Shown: piece after piece, positions 21,001 through 28,618 of the stretch
Layout: the number at the start of each line of letters is the position of its first letter
Position numbering within the stretch: the stretch's first letter is position 1
Source: a virus
Taxonomy: Duplodnaviria > Caudoviricetes
Virus record (IMG/VR): IMGVR_UViG_3300025137_000040
Coordinates: 1 to 59,043 of that record
DNA length: 59,043 nt
Direction: 5' to 3' (one strand)
Notes under the pieces: generated by a model
What the model was told of the DNA's origin: nothing
Database searches by the model: none
Seen by the model: the letters and a program-made list of their open reading frames with translations, nothing else
Program-made: the position numbers and the translations under genes

Positions 21001-22854
21001 CGAAACTTCTTTGGTAACCCACTATTCTTGTTAAGTTCGGGTCAAGTTTTTAGTGCTGCTAATCAGCTTATTCGTCGCACTGGTAGTAACTTAGCGAGGG
21101 CCACTAATAACCAGTCTAGGTATGATGAAGAATACCGAAAGTTTATGCGAGAGTATGAAGAGCTGGGCATTAACGACAATGAGGTCAACACTAATATCGC
21201 GAAGGAATTCGAAGAGAGGTCGGCCAAGTCTAGAGGATATGTTTCTGATTATCTGCCTATGTCCGGGCCCGTTCCCCAAGCCATAATAAATTACCTAGGG
21301 AAACAAGATAACAGAGCTAAGCAGCTTTACCAAGCTGGAGATAACTTCTGGAAGATTATATCGTTTGAAGCCAGCTTGGACAACCATGTTAAGGCATTTG
21401 TCGGGGGAGTTGGGTATAATCGTTCCCCCGAACAAACGAGGGCAGCGATGGATAACATGAGCCAGGCACAGGCTGAAAGGATACTTGAGGTCTATCCCCC
21501 AACGACTCCAGATACCAAGAGCCTAGTGGCGAATGATCGGGCAAAAGAGGCTGCCGTTATTACCCTTAAACGAGTCGCAGCTAACAAGACGCGGGCTTCC
21601 ATGCCGGTGTATAACAACCTGGTGGACTTTATTAATCAGGCCAAGCGTCTTGGTATAACTGCATGGGCGGCACCCTTTATTTCTTTCCGGGCCGAGATCG
21701 CTAAGATTGCTGTGGCAAACCCAATTTTGGCCTACAATGAAATGAAAGTGCCTGAGACTAGGGTGATGGGAGTTAAGAGGGCCCTCGGACAAAGTGTTGT
21801 TGCTACCTTTGGGGCTTCGGCGTTATCCGTAATAATGCAGTTTGCGGCTCCGTTAGTCTCTCAATTGTTGGGGGGAGAGGGCTTGGAAGAGGAAGATGAA
21901 GATAAAGAAGAGGGCGGCCTAAAGAGGAATGACTCAGATACGATTGATGCTATGCGTCGATTCGTGTCATCTTATTACAAAGATGGATCCTTCGCCTTGT
22001 TGGGAAGAAAGGGTAACGATGAAATCTCTTGGGTGGATACCAGTTACATGCGGCCGTTTGCAGCTATCTATGACCCTATCAGGCTCGTGGCAAACCCCTT
22101 TGCGTTCGATGCTAGAGGATTCAATGAGAGGGTTCAAAGATCTGCAATTAACCTAGCTACACCTTACTTAACAGAGCAGATTTGGATTGATGCCATCAAT
22201 AAATCTAGAGGAGAAGCCGAAAGCCTACAGGGACAAGTAGATAAAAACCCTTTCTGGAATTCTATCAGCAGTGTTGGTGGAAACCTTCTCTCTGCTTTAA
22301 CTCCCGGCACCATCAAAGACGGAATCAAAATAAGTAAAAGCTTTAGTTCTCCCATTGTTAATGGGACTAGGATGTCAGCGTCAGATGAAATTGCTGCGAA
22401 TCTAATGGGAACTAAAATTAATATTACTGACATCGCTTACAGGTTTGAGAAAAACCTTAGCAAATGGAATAGCGGTATTTCTCAAGCAGAGTCAGACTAC
22501 CGCCGACTGTATCGGTCTAGGTCAACTCTGGACAAAGGGGAAATGAGGAAGGCCTACATTAAGGCTAACCAGGAACGAGCTAGAATGTTAAAAGAGATCT
22601 CACTGGATCTTCAGGCTGCTCGTCTCTTGACCCGAGACAGCGCAGCCATTGACGGGATATTTATGAAGTCCAAATCCCTAAATAAAAACATTAAGCAATC
22701 AATCATTGCTGGCGTTGCGCCTCGATGGATACCGAGTAATTCCTCTCTTAGGGAAGGGGCGAGGCAAAGTGCTTTCGTTGGGGACTCTCGGTATGATGAT
22801 CTAGCGGAATACTACGAGGATGTGGAAGCCTACACGCGGTTCGATGACCTGTAG
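12046..22854 (+). CDS. Giant internal virion / polyvalent protein with zincin metallopeptidase and Ser/Thr kinase-like domains
   Basis: 3602 aa; TLVHEGLH at about 17413-17436; GGQEHDV...LFNQLFG...ITSQ...ISDAYPDNF...PIDL at about 18370-18755. Confidence 0.7.
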   Translation: MEALTLPSWDAITSDPAWGTANQDEQKRLFDSWREVAEEQFDLEAASPDNLRQFNTFNEVRSLQLDRGNGSSQELDFEAYKVQAPNYLGGLENTLRRRMGSAKAESDWTTRTHEGKLDVNPYLSLAGYDRYKEEILATDAPRREKIEALSEFKYAQAMAQQDLGVRASSKTIKLSDRLLPGKDVFSEDSEDGELDVEAAKMFLRPRDLKEIKNTGSSVRLSDPGIVDDVAYRFLRERGLTSLAEEALNGSESVRNSLRDSYMDSIMELGDTWAKDESTPEGQFRKLTSGEVVFNPSWLTTATDEEIDLALGAAEVPTGEIKRAKAEAQGSRESFAENAVAVMLNGSIDSLAGMVTEGIVLPRSAEFRRFYYANKDKYETNSELLGAFTEATKNPGLIGGMKRLLNARTPIGIYGTLLDIFSDEFSPAETTGNFLKNFEEGALQGVGTFGLGLFTFLGGRLPGMDRDESIEAVSLLRNNLQEQDEIFGSGSKWGRILGQEAGMLLLPGAGALAGSAIRSGAGSAIRSGVGAAAAKSTTSRTNFLAIKLQEHAARGLTSRMALTSSDDLAKAASKSLAGNIYFGLQASRSAEATFQDAYINYRDEAILMGMSPEEAEASAKSRAYPVAIADGIKTGILMKLIPGGTEALFSANALRGVTFKQANEALGKGWLTKVSKNPRALATATGQLLKPFFASSGKEAVEEFTDELLSGVLAMGTYNPEMQLSEAFEHALTGALAGGILGSAGAINSEGASVQQAERFKDKISQYLKETAVETASTSPETAAKLADAAEAVGEQPVTPGQIPPVEGGSEKVINTLTGALNAAQKVAADEKLSPNEKRKALGRLRETIDLRSDGEEAQLQKIDNLINNIPKSADEALGGKPGSGKPRAGGLNTEQKVKQFDQILENFSSPIEQLPQGEAEEGAPPTSRTMSRDGIRALIDDLFAVDDQVKAEKLKAEVDGIFASRKLVGSSYRDVEIDLDEESGKAKGKKGSASLNKGKLSVGLKTFLDKVAEIDKAAGAETEADSDSDLKDELSNLIIKEYNKAREGFNKNAKDTDKRGRFERAIEAGEGTDALLAPLLGTNKTTGNPILETDGQIGKRIEKALKNNQNTNPGNNDGQDIQRSKGSEGGQGDSTAENQGEQEGSTSGSEEAPEGEAGGRAAVDSEGGDRDSASPPEETDEGSGRSDEEENDEKAVEGQLDNDPLQEKINELIEARVNDETSPSYGMPIFRSDITGFSTSEKTQILEAVNSKLFEKWGIDETKFVVGPQGQRQAYKYPWENDKKDGFAFVNHPYYMAAALSHKESGGKIKVPEDVGEIHPRLIVEDGFVVGAVTDVTTEEFKSRTGERSTKWGGGVQNGLMVVGSGEYNLKNLLSDVAKPSRVASAKKAGGKVSKKVEEKRKDIDGIGAWDTTDTEKEIFGESLEVGLLEMVASIFDSSLANPAAIYKAAEIVVLATLKTRAKALGDLNFDQLNDFVAEGRKDEKLAPLFDILEKSEFKNIHALVASPKALEFAAQTEAEVEERGKIYSLGQIAAIASSSSTSDEQSTGDFSLDENRDSAPQPVSPEENLDGDEQFDQLREEQTSDKANESDLPDAPDTPTPSDGAGELTISEEFEAVIDAWDYYLRNIADQNKVIYPDDEVERRNLINDVLFNLSLNGIKLGAEWDIADEAAIFEGEYGRVSEKSRSRAALEEAEALQVRAQFEALGLEAENQSGDIIDALRIIAEDSGSDNYLRTLAQIFLNNPKLLEGTTLRLMDAPGAEWAGLFSHRFNTIVLNVAKTNPRGVADTLVHEGLHRALDSMLESPQTEAQEALVKSIDRLVKAARLVAIDFSRNSANAFTILESIARRVADESSVGQLIKMLEQEGGFYAENRDLSAMPEDELRTLAYRARLDINKASFYANGVGDLFYALGMDEVGDNEVLSPVQTRREFLVHSLTDLHFQEFLKRVKLDGDRVDLVRGSLWSITLRNFGRMLTGRSQIGQELEETLDTALTLIGDPLWATIPEGAKVQVRDEDADLSLDNVRNNLTNSRSRAKLPLDGSRRTQASQSQPLEILGRVDPGRASRAADGATGEFASAATEDSQLSDLARALPGLSAEEESFLESLREGGQEHDVTPRVADRIYKSRKPLGGEAPGVPFDYVLRVGLFNQLFGTDIQLHGLYNDRLITSQQWIRAEDPSNPHPTADEVQDYLESNGWSESDSTTAEWAKGPYRISDAYPDNFIKTEEGVQPIDLFVEIQAVADQTSDDEFEGDILGDESSDLSRSPFEDEGDLFGDPFEDVGDYSFSRAATPQLTVGRVVDRVISDRDMQRGIPGVNTPEEYRSYIHSLASQYFGDLQSTTVEGVERMDVLLGNYGPTAARHLAEVEALVEIAEGKFLGKLSEYAVMGSYSPEPLLAKAAAMLGVSSEVVDDAEVALATDGSTLIGADNIGEVAAVLHLYRTYIKSFPDEVAGLMSGMVDAIIGDPFTLPTTPDKEAQPSFSRASTFLETLTDAFILRDDPDLAVALTRESYNRDGLIAAGIEPNRFRRAFGTAGKFGRKIAPLKLELEGELKAGNKDAEFHGNRVLSLMDETFGKNPTEDELKLINIVLGSTDDDVVLNTGVPGAYQDLIEDRKALEKTAKSARRAEVNRLKAKLKKQDPEKYLKEKARTKEEWTKGWDEIDKLYQRDLNNLYAQAVPVYRQQVRDPAARELRERSEELYVAVESLRKAIDTLSDALINSGTLEHESLVDLRTKIQNNRGIYLMRSYEIHDQIGYRKWLQSLDPEARRRVREARDQIRGDMIAEQVEKTKAIADKKGVVLSDAELKKKAEANVKEKAVLLKLAGFLNSVDSMTLEGGMGLVNLGVLQERKDIPEGLRTGMGQYDDNLFNATRTLVALNSLVANQKFFKDVETTLKDSNTKEVVVITKDEKLGMEEGLQKLGGDRKTLADSTYGALQGYYVLPEIKQAFEEMQPTDLGRFQSTVMWVAAQTMANLTARRLRTHVRNFFGNPLFLLSSGQVFSAANQLIRRTGSNLARATNNQSRYDEEYRKFMREYEELGINDNEVNTNIAKEFEERSAKSRGYVSDYLPMSGPVPQAIINYLGKQDNRAKQLYQAGDNFWKIISFEASLDNHVKAFVGGVGYNRSPEQTRAAMDNMSQAQAERILEVYPPTTPDTKSLVANDRAKEAAVITLKRVAANKTRASMPVYNNLVDFINQAKRLGITAWAAPFISFRAEIAKIAVANPILAYNEMKVPETRVMGVKRALGQSVVATFGASALSVIMQFAAPLVSQLLGGEGLEEEDEDKEEGGLKRNDSDTIDAMRRFVSSYYKDGSFALLGRKGNDEISWVDTSYMRPFAAIYDPIRLVANPFAFDARGFNERVQRSAINLATPYLTEQIWIDAINKSRGEAESLQGQVDKNPFWNSISSVGGNLLSALTPGTIKDGIKISKSFSSPIVNGTRMSASDEIAANLMGTKINITDIAYRFEKNLSKWNSGISQAESDYRRLYRSRSTLDKGEMRKAYIKANQERARMLKEISLDLQAARLLTRDSAAIDGIFMKSKSLNKNIKQSIIAGVAPRWIPSNSSLREGARQSAFVGDSRYDDLAEYYEDVEAYTRFDDL
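13578..13625 (+). repeat. 24-bp in-frame tandem duplication (AGSAIRSG x2)
   Basis: agctggatccgcaatccgtagcgg occurs twice in tandem. Confidence 0.9.
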
Positions 22855-23319
22855 TTAGTTGCCTGTTGTCGCCCTTCTTATCCCCAATATCCGACTCTTG
22901 TAGCTATCAATTGAAACCCTAGCTACCGCTTTACTGTAGGTCGGTCGGTGCAGACACTCGCCACCCCCAACATAAATTAGGATATGGCCTGAAGTCCCTG
23001 AGCGGGATCCTCTCCACTGTACTATAACATCGCCGGGGCGCATATGGTTGAGGCCTACGGGTTTGCCCCACTTCAACCAGTTCCTGGCAAGGCTATGATA
23101 CTGGGGTACTCCGAGTCCTGCACTCGTCACCACTTCTCCCACCCAGTTGGCACACTGGAGCGACTGCCCTTTGCGGTAGAAACGCCCCTCCCAGGTAGAC
23201 GCCCTCGAAACGATCGCAGAGTTACCCATGGGGATTCCGAACAGACCTTGAGACCTAACTTGGGTAGGGCCACTACATACTAGTAAAGCTGTCACGACAG
23301 TTAGTATTTTTCTAAGCAT
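22855..23319 (-). CDS. Secreted NlpC/P60-like (TIGR02594-type) cysteine peptidase
   Basis: Signal peptide; QCANWV, ARNWLKWG, PGDVIV and SGHILIY motifs. Confidence 0.75.
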   Translation of the reverse strand: MLRKILTVVTALLVCSGPTQVRSQGLFGIPMGNSAIVSRASTWEGRFYRKGQSLQCANWVGEVVTSAGLGVPQYHSLARNWLKWGKPVGLNHMRPGDVIVQWRGSRSGTSGHILIYVGGGECLHRPTYSKAVARVSIDSYKSRILGIRRATTGN

Positions 23320-23434
23320 TTTTAAAACACGTAAGAGTTTAGGAGAGGGCAGCGACTGCTACTCTCTTTAAAAGTTTTCCTCCACGGGGCGATTTCCCGC
23401 TGGGGAAAACAGGGGGTTTTTGAAAACAGGAGGG

Positions 23435-23725
23435 CTACCACTTCACCTTATCCGCCCAATAAGCCGCACTCATCTTGCCCTTTTTGATATTGGCAGCGTG
23501 CCTGGCTTTGAACGAGGCTCGCTTTTGCTTCATTGCTTTCGACTCCCCAGCTTTGGGTGCGCCAGCAGTCTTAGCTCCTTGCTCCCCGAAGCGGATTAGT
23601 TTTTGTTTACCCCCTTCTGATGCCAGCACGACGTGGCTTTTTTTTGGGTGTTTAGGTGTCCTCTTCGGTTGGTTTACTTTGCTCAAACCATGTTGGTTGA
23701 GCTTAGCTTTTGTGTTCTTGTCCAT
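23435..23725 (-). CDS. Small basic phage protein (LIRFG...FKARH...AYWA..W type)
   Basis: Motif pattern recalled from aquatic phages; about 25% Lys. Confidence 0.6.
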   Translation of the reverse strand: MDKNTKAKLNQHGLSKVNQPKRTPKHPKKSHVVLASEGGKQKLIRFGEQGAKTAGAPKAGESKAMKQKRASFKARHAANIKKGKMSAAYWADKVKW

Positions 23726-23763
23726 AGTTTGTTTGTTGGTTTATTACCGGGACTACCGGAATA

Positions 23764-24003
23764 TTAATGTGGTGTTTCCAGCCACCAGATGGTTCCTTTG
23801 TTATTGTTCCCCAGCTTCTTTCTTCTTAATCTTCTAGGGTCTCGGTCGAGTAGAAGCTGAGACTTCAGCTCAGTTAAAGTCTTCGAAAGGTTTGTTGTGG
23901 TTGGCCAGGCAACCTCCTCTACAATCTCATTGATGTGCCTCTTCTTACCGTCGGAAAGGAATTCCAATAGGGTGTTTGAAAGGGATAACTTTTTCTTATT
24001 CAT
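23764..24003 (-). CDS. Small winged-helix-like DNA-binding protein
   Basis: LLEFLSDGKKRHINEIVEEV...LSKTLTELK; ATG at 24003 follows an AC-rich leader. Confidence 0.45.
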   Translation of the reverse strand: MNKKKLSLSNTLLEFLSDGKKRHINEIVEEVAWPTTTNLSKTLTELKSQLLLDRDPRRLRRKKLGNNNKGTIWWLETPH

Positions 24004-24112
24004 GTTAGTGGGTTGGTGTAAAAGTGCCGCGCTCCGTGGTTGGCCAAACTGGCGCGGCGGCAGTTTCGAAATCGGGGCTATGTTAGTCCCGGACCTTGTG
24101 AGCACTCACGGA

Positions 24113-24655
24113 TTACCCACCTTGGTCAGACAAGTGCTGACAAAAATTCTTGGACAGTTCTATAAGTTCCTCCCTTGTTTCCCATGAGAGGGTGTAGTCG
24201 GTGTCAAACTGATCGTGATGCTTTTCTGATTCGTGAAGGTGCTCCCCTTGAGGAGCCGAAGCCTCATACTTCATCGACACAAACACACCGCCTCTCTCCT
24301 TCGCCTCGCGGTATTCATTAGGGAATCTGAGATCGTCGATAACTACTACATCGAAGGCCTCAGCCTCTCTGAACAAGCGGTCTACCCAGATGTCGGGCCA
24401 GATCATATTTCTTCCCCAGTCAGTTCCCAGAGTCTGTAGGGCATATCGTAGGGATACTCCTCCAAGTTCAGAGAGACCTGCCTCTTTGTGGTTTGTGTCT
24501 CTTAAGTAATTGATCTTGGTATGACCCACAACTTCGCCAAGCATTCTGTAGATCGGCTCAGCAAAAGATAGCACCTTCGGGTTACCGGGTAGGTGCTTGG
24601 CAAAAGTTGACTTGCCAGATAAGGGGGGACCAATGGGAATGATGATCCTACTCAT
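24113..24655 (-). CDS. Deoxynucleoside monophosphate kinase (T4 gp1-like)
   Basis: GPPLSGKST P-loop, SFAEP, LQTLGTDWGR, PDIWV and IDDLRFPNE motifs. Confidence 0.85.
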   Translation of the reverse strand: MSRIIIPIGPPLSGKSTFAKHLPGNPKVLSFAEPIYRMLGEVVGHTKINYLRDTNHKEAGLSELGGVSLRYALQTLGTDWGRNMIWPDIWVDRLFREAEAFDVVVIDDLRFPNEYREAKERGGVFVSMKYEASAPQGEHLHESEKHHDQFDTDYTLSWETREELIELSKNFCQHLSDQGG

Positions 24656-24878
24656 TCTTCTCAGGTTCTTTTAGCTCGGAGTGGATGTGGTCTATCAAGT
24701 CTACTTGCCCACACTTATCACATAAGACCTTAGCTTTAGCCGGGTAACACACGAGGAATGCCACCTCTGTTTGAGCGTATGGTTTTGCGTCTTCGTCGAT
24801 ATATACTTCTATAATCTCAGTTGAGTGAGCTTCTCCAAGCTCTTCACAATTTCTTTGGTAGTATGGTTCTTTGCTCAT
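24648..24878 (-). CDS. Hypothetical protein (CxxC)
   Basis: Overlapping, coupled ORF in the early array. Confidence 0.55.
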   Translation of the reverse strand: MSKEPYYQRNCEELGEAHSTEIIEVYIDEDAKPYAQTEVAFLVCYPAKAKVLCDKCGQVDLIDHIHSELKEPEKNE

Positions 24879-25063
24879 GGTAAAAGTTCGTAAGATTTTA
24901 AGATTGCTTCCAAGGCGTCGGGCTCAATTTGAGACAAGGCTTGAAGCAGGGAGACGATAGAGCCTTCAGGAGAGGGGCCGTCTTGGTCGAACCCGAGTCC
25001 CTCGGCCATACCGAGAAGCTCTGAGGCGAGGTCTTCGGTGATTTCTAAATCATATGCGGTCAT
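24875..25063 (-). CDS. Hypothetical acidic protein
   Basis: ATGA-coupled ORF. Confidence 0.55.
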   Translation of the reverse strand: MTAYDLEITEDLASELLGMAEGLGFDQDGPSPEGSIVSLLQALSQIEPDALEAILKSYELLP

Positions 25064-25070
25064 ATGCGGT
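25051..25070. promoter_or_regulatory. Tandem operator-like motif CATATGCGGT x2
   Basis: Exact 10-bp tandem over the 25063 start codon; the same 16-mer occurs inverted at 27139-27154. Confidence 0.6.
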
Positions 25071-25084
25071 CTAATTTTTATACG

Positions 25085-26086
25085 TTAGTATCTTAGGAGT
25101 TGCAAGTATATTTGTTGGGCGAAAGATGTCTTATCCCAGAAGGCTGGATCCTCTCCACGAGGGAATGGCAGGGGCATTCTTATCTCAGCCATTGCCTGTT
25201 GGATTAGTGGGTAATAATGCTTCCAAGTTTCCAGCCTGGTGAAGCCTTTATCCGCATGGCGAAGTGTTACAGATAGGGTAGTTTCCCAGCCAGTAGGTAT
25301 GCCAGCGAGGTCTACGCTAAAGGAGCCGCACGAATGTTTTCCTTGGGGGGTGCCTTGGGTGACCTTAGCGTAAAGAGGATTATGCTTTATGAACTCATCC
25401 AGCTCGGGCCAGGTGCAGCGCCTACTGACCTCATTGTAAGGGATCAATGCCTGAGACATATCGCGCCTAGGGAAAGGGCAGTGACAAAGCGTGCCGGTTG
25501 ATGAAGCGTGGTAGGCGAGGTTAGCAAAGTCGCCCCAATCGGAGTCGGGGTCGGCGCTAAGTGTTCCACTGACTGAGAGGACGTGACTTCTTAAGTCGTT
25601 AAAAGCTATTCTCTGCGATGTGTCTATAAAGGAAAGATAGCAAGCAGCAGCATCTGCTTTTTCCTGGGCCTTATCTTCCGAGTAAACTCCATCTGAGAAA
25701 AGATCAACGAACAAGTCCTTCCAACGCAGCCCCTCGTGTTGGCCTGATAGCAGCGTGTTTAGAACACTCGCATTAGGATGTGGTGGGCTCCAGGTGCCGG
25801 GGAGATTTTTGATTTTTACGCGAGGCCTAGGTAGGCCCCCGTATGCGTTTATCTGCCTCTTTTCCACAGACCGCCAAAAATCGAATGCATGCTCCCTACC
25901 CTGTAGCCAGTCGAGCCTAACATCGTATGCCCCACGGTTGATGAGGAGAGGTAGATAGGTTTTACAATTGGTTTCTCGAGACTCGGTTTTGAGCCAAAGG
26001 GCACCTGCCGCCGCTCTATAGCGGGTAGAGGATCCCACAAAGTGGGGGTTTTCAACATAGTTAGAGATAAGTTCTTCAGCTTTCAT
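25085..26086 (-). CDS. Hypothetical protein
   Basis: 333-aa ORF, ATG start, co-oriented with neighbours. Confidence 0.7.
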   Translation of the reverse strand: MKAEELISNYVENPHFVGSSTRYRAAAGALWLKTESRETNCKTYLPLLINRGAYDVRLDWLQGREHAFDFWRSVEKRQINAYGGLPRPRVKIKNLPGTWSPPHPNASVLNTLLSGQHEGLRWKDLFVDLFSDGVYSEDKAQEKADAAACYLSFIDTSQRIAFNDLRSHVLSVSGTLSADPDSDWGDFANLAYHASSTGTLCHCPFPRRDMSQALIPYNEVSRRCTWPELDEFIKHNPLYAKVTQGTPQGKHSCGSFSVDLAGIPTGWETTLSVTLRHADKGFTRLETWKHYYPLIQQAMAEIRMPLPFPRGEDPAFWDKTSFAQQIYLQLLRY

Positions 26087-26149
26087 AGTTGGTAAGTTGG
26101 TAAGTTGGTAAGTTGGTAAGTTGGTAAGTTGGTAAGTTGGTAAGTTGGT
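26087..26149 (-). repeat. 8-bp tandem repeat (TACCAACT on the coding strand), 7 units plus 7 bp, filling the intergenic gap
   Basis: agttggta repeated on the + strand. Confidence 0.95.
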
Positions 26150-27102
26150 TATGCAGCGAGTAACGTCGGTTCGAGTTCGGGGTGCAGTATCTGCTCAAGG
26201 CGATTGAACCCGTGCTCATCGAGGAGGAAGCCCTTGTCTATTCCCTCCTGGGTTCCGGGGGTGTTCTTCACAGTAAGGAGACCGAAGCGGATCTCATCCC
26301 CATCAAGAAACCGCGCATCACTTTCGTCGAGGGTGTAACCGCGACCCGCTTCCAGGAGCCTGTCGATGTCACCTTTTACCACGGGTATTGCGATGTTGTG
26401 ACCCCGACTCAACGCTTCGGCGCAGTGCTCGACGTTGTCGGGACCAGCATAACTGAATGTGATGTGGTAGTTATCTAGCTTATCACTAAGCCGCATATTG
26501 AAAGGCGACTTCGTGTAATCGTAGAATTGAATATCAGGGTGACGCTTGATAAGTGATCCCCACCAGAGATCGCTGGTCCCGTTGAGACGTACCGCGTATG
26601 TCATGTCTGCCTTGGCTGCTCTCTTCTTCGCCAACAACATTTCATGCTCGATGATCTTCTCGGCGATAGGCCGGTTCCATGCGACGAGCCAAGTCCTTAT
26701 TAGCCTGGGTATCAGGCAATGATTGCTGAGTCCGACCGAGTGGTATCCGATCAGTGCTTGACCGGACAGGTTCAAGCAGGCTGCTAGGCAGCCCTCACTG
26801 GCGAACTTACACATCTGAACGCCAGACATTTTGCCTGAGAGCAGATACATAATGTAGGTCATCACTCCGATTTTCTCTCCCTTGGCCGTCTTGACAGAGT
26901 TTTGGGTTCCGCCCATGTAGGATACTCCGACTGTATACAGAAGCTTCTTAGGTGACAGGGTAGGGTCTAGCCCTTTGAACAAGAGCTTCGCTGTGTTGGC
27001 GACATCTTGGTTAACGACTCCTCTCTCAAGGCTCGACAAGTATGCCGTCGCTAATGCTCGAAACACATTTGTTTCGGTGTTGGTTTGTTCTTGTTTTATC
27101 AT
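26149..27102 (-). CDS. GP88-like protein
   Basis: CKFASEGCLAACL, VRLNGTSD, QFYDYTK and NYHITFS motifs. Confidence 0.7.
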   Translation of the reverse strand: MIKQEQTNTETNVFRALATAYLSSLERGVVNQDVANTAKLLFKGLDPTLSPKKLLYTVGVSYMGGTQNSVKTAKGEKIGVMTYIMYLLSGKMSGVQMCKFASEGCLAACLNLSGQALIGYHSVGLSNHCLIPRLIRTWLVAWNRPIAEKIIEHEMLLAKKRAAKADMTYAVRLNGTSDLWWGSLIKRHPDIQFYDYTKSPFNMRLSDKLDNYHITFSYAGPDNVEHCAEALSRGHNIAIPVVKGDIDRLLEAGRGYTLDESDARFLDGDEIRFGLLTVKNTPGTQEGIDKGFLLDEHGFNRLEQILHPELEPTLLAA

Positions 27103-27163
27103 AATACATTTCTGTTAGGGTTAGGTTGGTTGCGGTGTCATATGACCGCATATGTTAAGGGCA

Positions 27164-27430
27164 CTATTTTTTGGTCTGAGTATTAAGCTCCTCTCGATTA
27201 GCTTCCTCGGAGTGCTCGAGTGCTTTGAACAAAACACTCCAGCGTATCTCCCCATCGGAAGTAGAGTAGATGTCTGCTTCCTCTGCGTACTTTAGTGCAT
27301 GAATGTATGAACTGTTGTTCGGGAAGGCTTTTAAAGCACCTCTCCGAATGATGTCCTCCAATTCCTTTGCATCGTATTTCGCATCAATAGTGATGCTGAT
27401 ATCCATTTTAATTCTGACTTCTTGTTCCAT
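27164..27430 (-). CDS. Hypothetical early protein
   Basis: ATG with AC-rich leader, tightly packed. Confidence 0.6.
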   Translation of the reverse strand: MEQEVRIKMDISITIDAKYDAKELEDIIRRGALKAFPNNSSYIHALKYAEEADIYSTSDGEIRWSVLFKALEHSEEANREELNTQTKK

Positions 27431-27441
27431 TGGTTAGTTGG

Positions 27442-27696
27442 TTAGTTGTATTTTTTCTCTATCTCTGTCTTCCAGTCTGATGCTGCTCTCCACCAGGCCC
27501 GAGCGTGCATGGGTGGGTTCTCTACTGTTCCCTCCTTTATCCCGTCTAGGTAATCCTCGAGCGGAATGGAGGAGACTTCCTCCGCTACTTGGTAGATGGC
27601 TTCGATCGCGAATAGCTGCCCGACGGCCCCTGCTTTGCTGAACTCGCAGACCCGGGTCAGGAATTCGACATTGGTTTCTCTTTCTTTGGTTATCAT
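27442..27696 (-). CDS. Hypothetical early protein
   Basis: ATG with AC-rich leader. Confidence 0.6.
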   Translation of the reverse strand: MITKERETNVEFLTRVCEFSKAGAVGQLFAIEAIYQVAEEVSSIPLEDYLDGIKEGTVENPPMHARAWWRAASDWKTEIEKKYN

Positions 27697-27711
27697 ATGT
27701 TGGTGTGTTGG

Positions 27712-28104
27712 TTATGAGTAAGAGTTTAAATCTTCCCAGTGCTCACGGATTCCTAGTATCACGGAGACGATTCGCTCTCGCTCTACTAAATCCATAGGTG
27801 TGATATGGACTTTGGTTAGGATCTCCTCGTATCGAATCCATTCAGTCCGATCAATGTTTGGATCACCGGATGCCTTACGCCGCTTAGTTGTTTGCTTTGT
27901 GGTAACGACGCACGAGCTATTTACATCTGCGCGTTCCGCCAGATCCTTCAGTCGAAACGTACTTGGTTCGCGACGAAGGCCCACCCATCGAAGAGCTATG
28001 CTGCCCCCGTCCTCCGGGGTAAGCGTAGCTTCCAGTGCGCGGCCCTTGTCGTTTGTAATCTCAGGCACTCTGCGAGTGACAGGCTTATCTAGATTGGTTG
28101 CCAT
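27712..28104 (-). CDS. Hypothetical early protein
   Basis: ATG with AC-rich leader. Confidence 0.65.
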   Translation of the reverse strand: MATNLDKPVTRRVPEITNDKGRALEATLTPEDGGSIALRWVGLRREPSTFRLKDLAERADVNSSCVVTTKQTTKRRKASGDPNIDRTEWIRYEEILTKVHITPMDLVERERIVSVILGIREHWEDLNSYS

Positions 28105-28144
28105 AGTAGTAGTTGGTTTGTTTGTTGGTTCATTGGTGTGTTGG

Positions 28145-28360
28145 TTAGGGTCTGTAATTGCGGTGACTAAAACGCCCAGAGGGAGAGTGATGGGTCACCT
28201 GTTTGTAGTCGCACCCAGAGCGTGGGTGATCGTCAGGAATCAGGACTAGCTCCCCGTCCACAACGGCGGCTCGTTCCTCGTTGGTCAGTCCGGAAACCCA
28301 GCGGTAAGGCATCGAGCCTCGACCGTGGATTCGACCTGTTTTGCTTATGATATTTGCCAT
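28145..28360 (-). CDS. Hypothetical early protein
   Basis: Fits the gene array. Confidence 0.55.
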   Translation of the reverse strand: MANIISKTGRIHGRGSMPYRWVSGLTNEERAAVVDGELVLIPDDHPRSGCDYKQVTHHSPSGRFSHRNYRP

Positions 28361-28381
28361 GATTAAAAATACAGTTCGGGG

Positions 28382-28618
28382 TTATCCTATTAAACTGTCG
28401 CGACCGCCGTCAGAGAAAGTAACCCAGTGGCGCTCTTCGGGGCGGTAAGTATAGTCATCTTTTTCTTCGATACCAAAACCAGTTAGGTCTTTGTTCACCA
28501 CGCAATTCCTTAGGTATTCAAGTATTTTATCAAAGGCTTCATCCTCTGTTTCTGCTTGGAACCAATCGTGGAATGTAACAGTGAAAGTTTTTTCTTCGAT
28601 ATTAGGTTTCTTCTTCAT
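28382..28618 (-). CDS. Hypothetical early protein
   Basis: Starts inside the CAACACACCAATGAA repeat. Confidence 0.6.
   Translation of the reverse strand: MKKKPNIEEKTFTVTFHDWFQAETEDEAFDKILEYLRNCVVNKDLTGFGIEEKDDYTYRPEERHWVTFSDGGRDSLIG

Noticed and set aside
12888-22433. Antisense ORFs inside the giant gene, and similar shadow ORFs elsewhere
   Set aside because: They are fully nested opposite strong genes, mostly have non-ATG starts and show no recognisable motifs.
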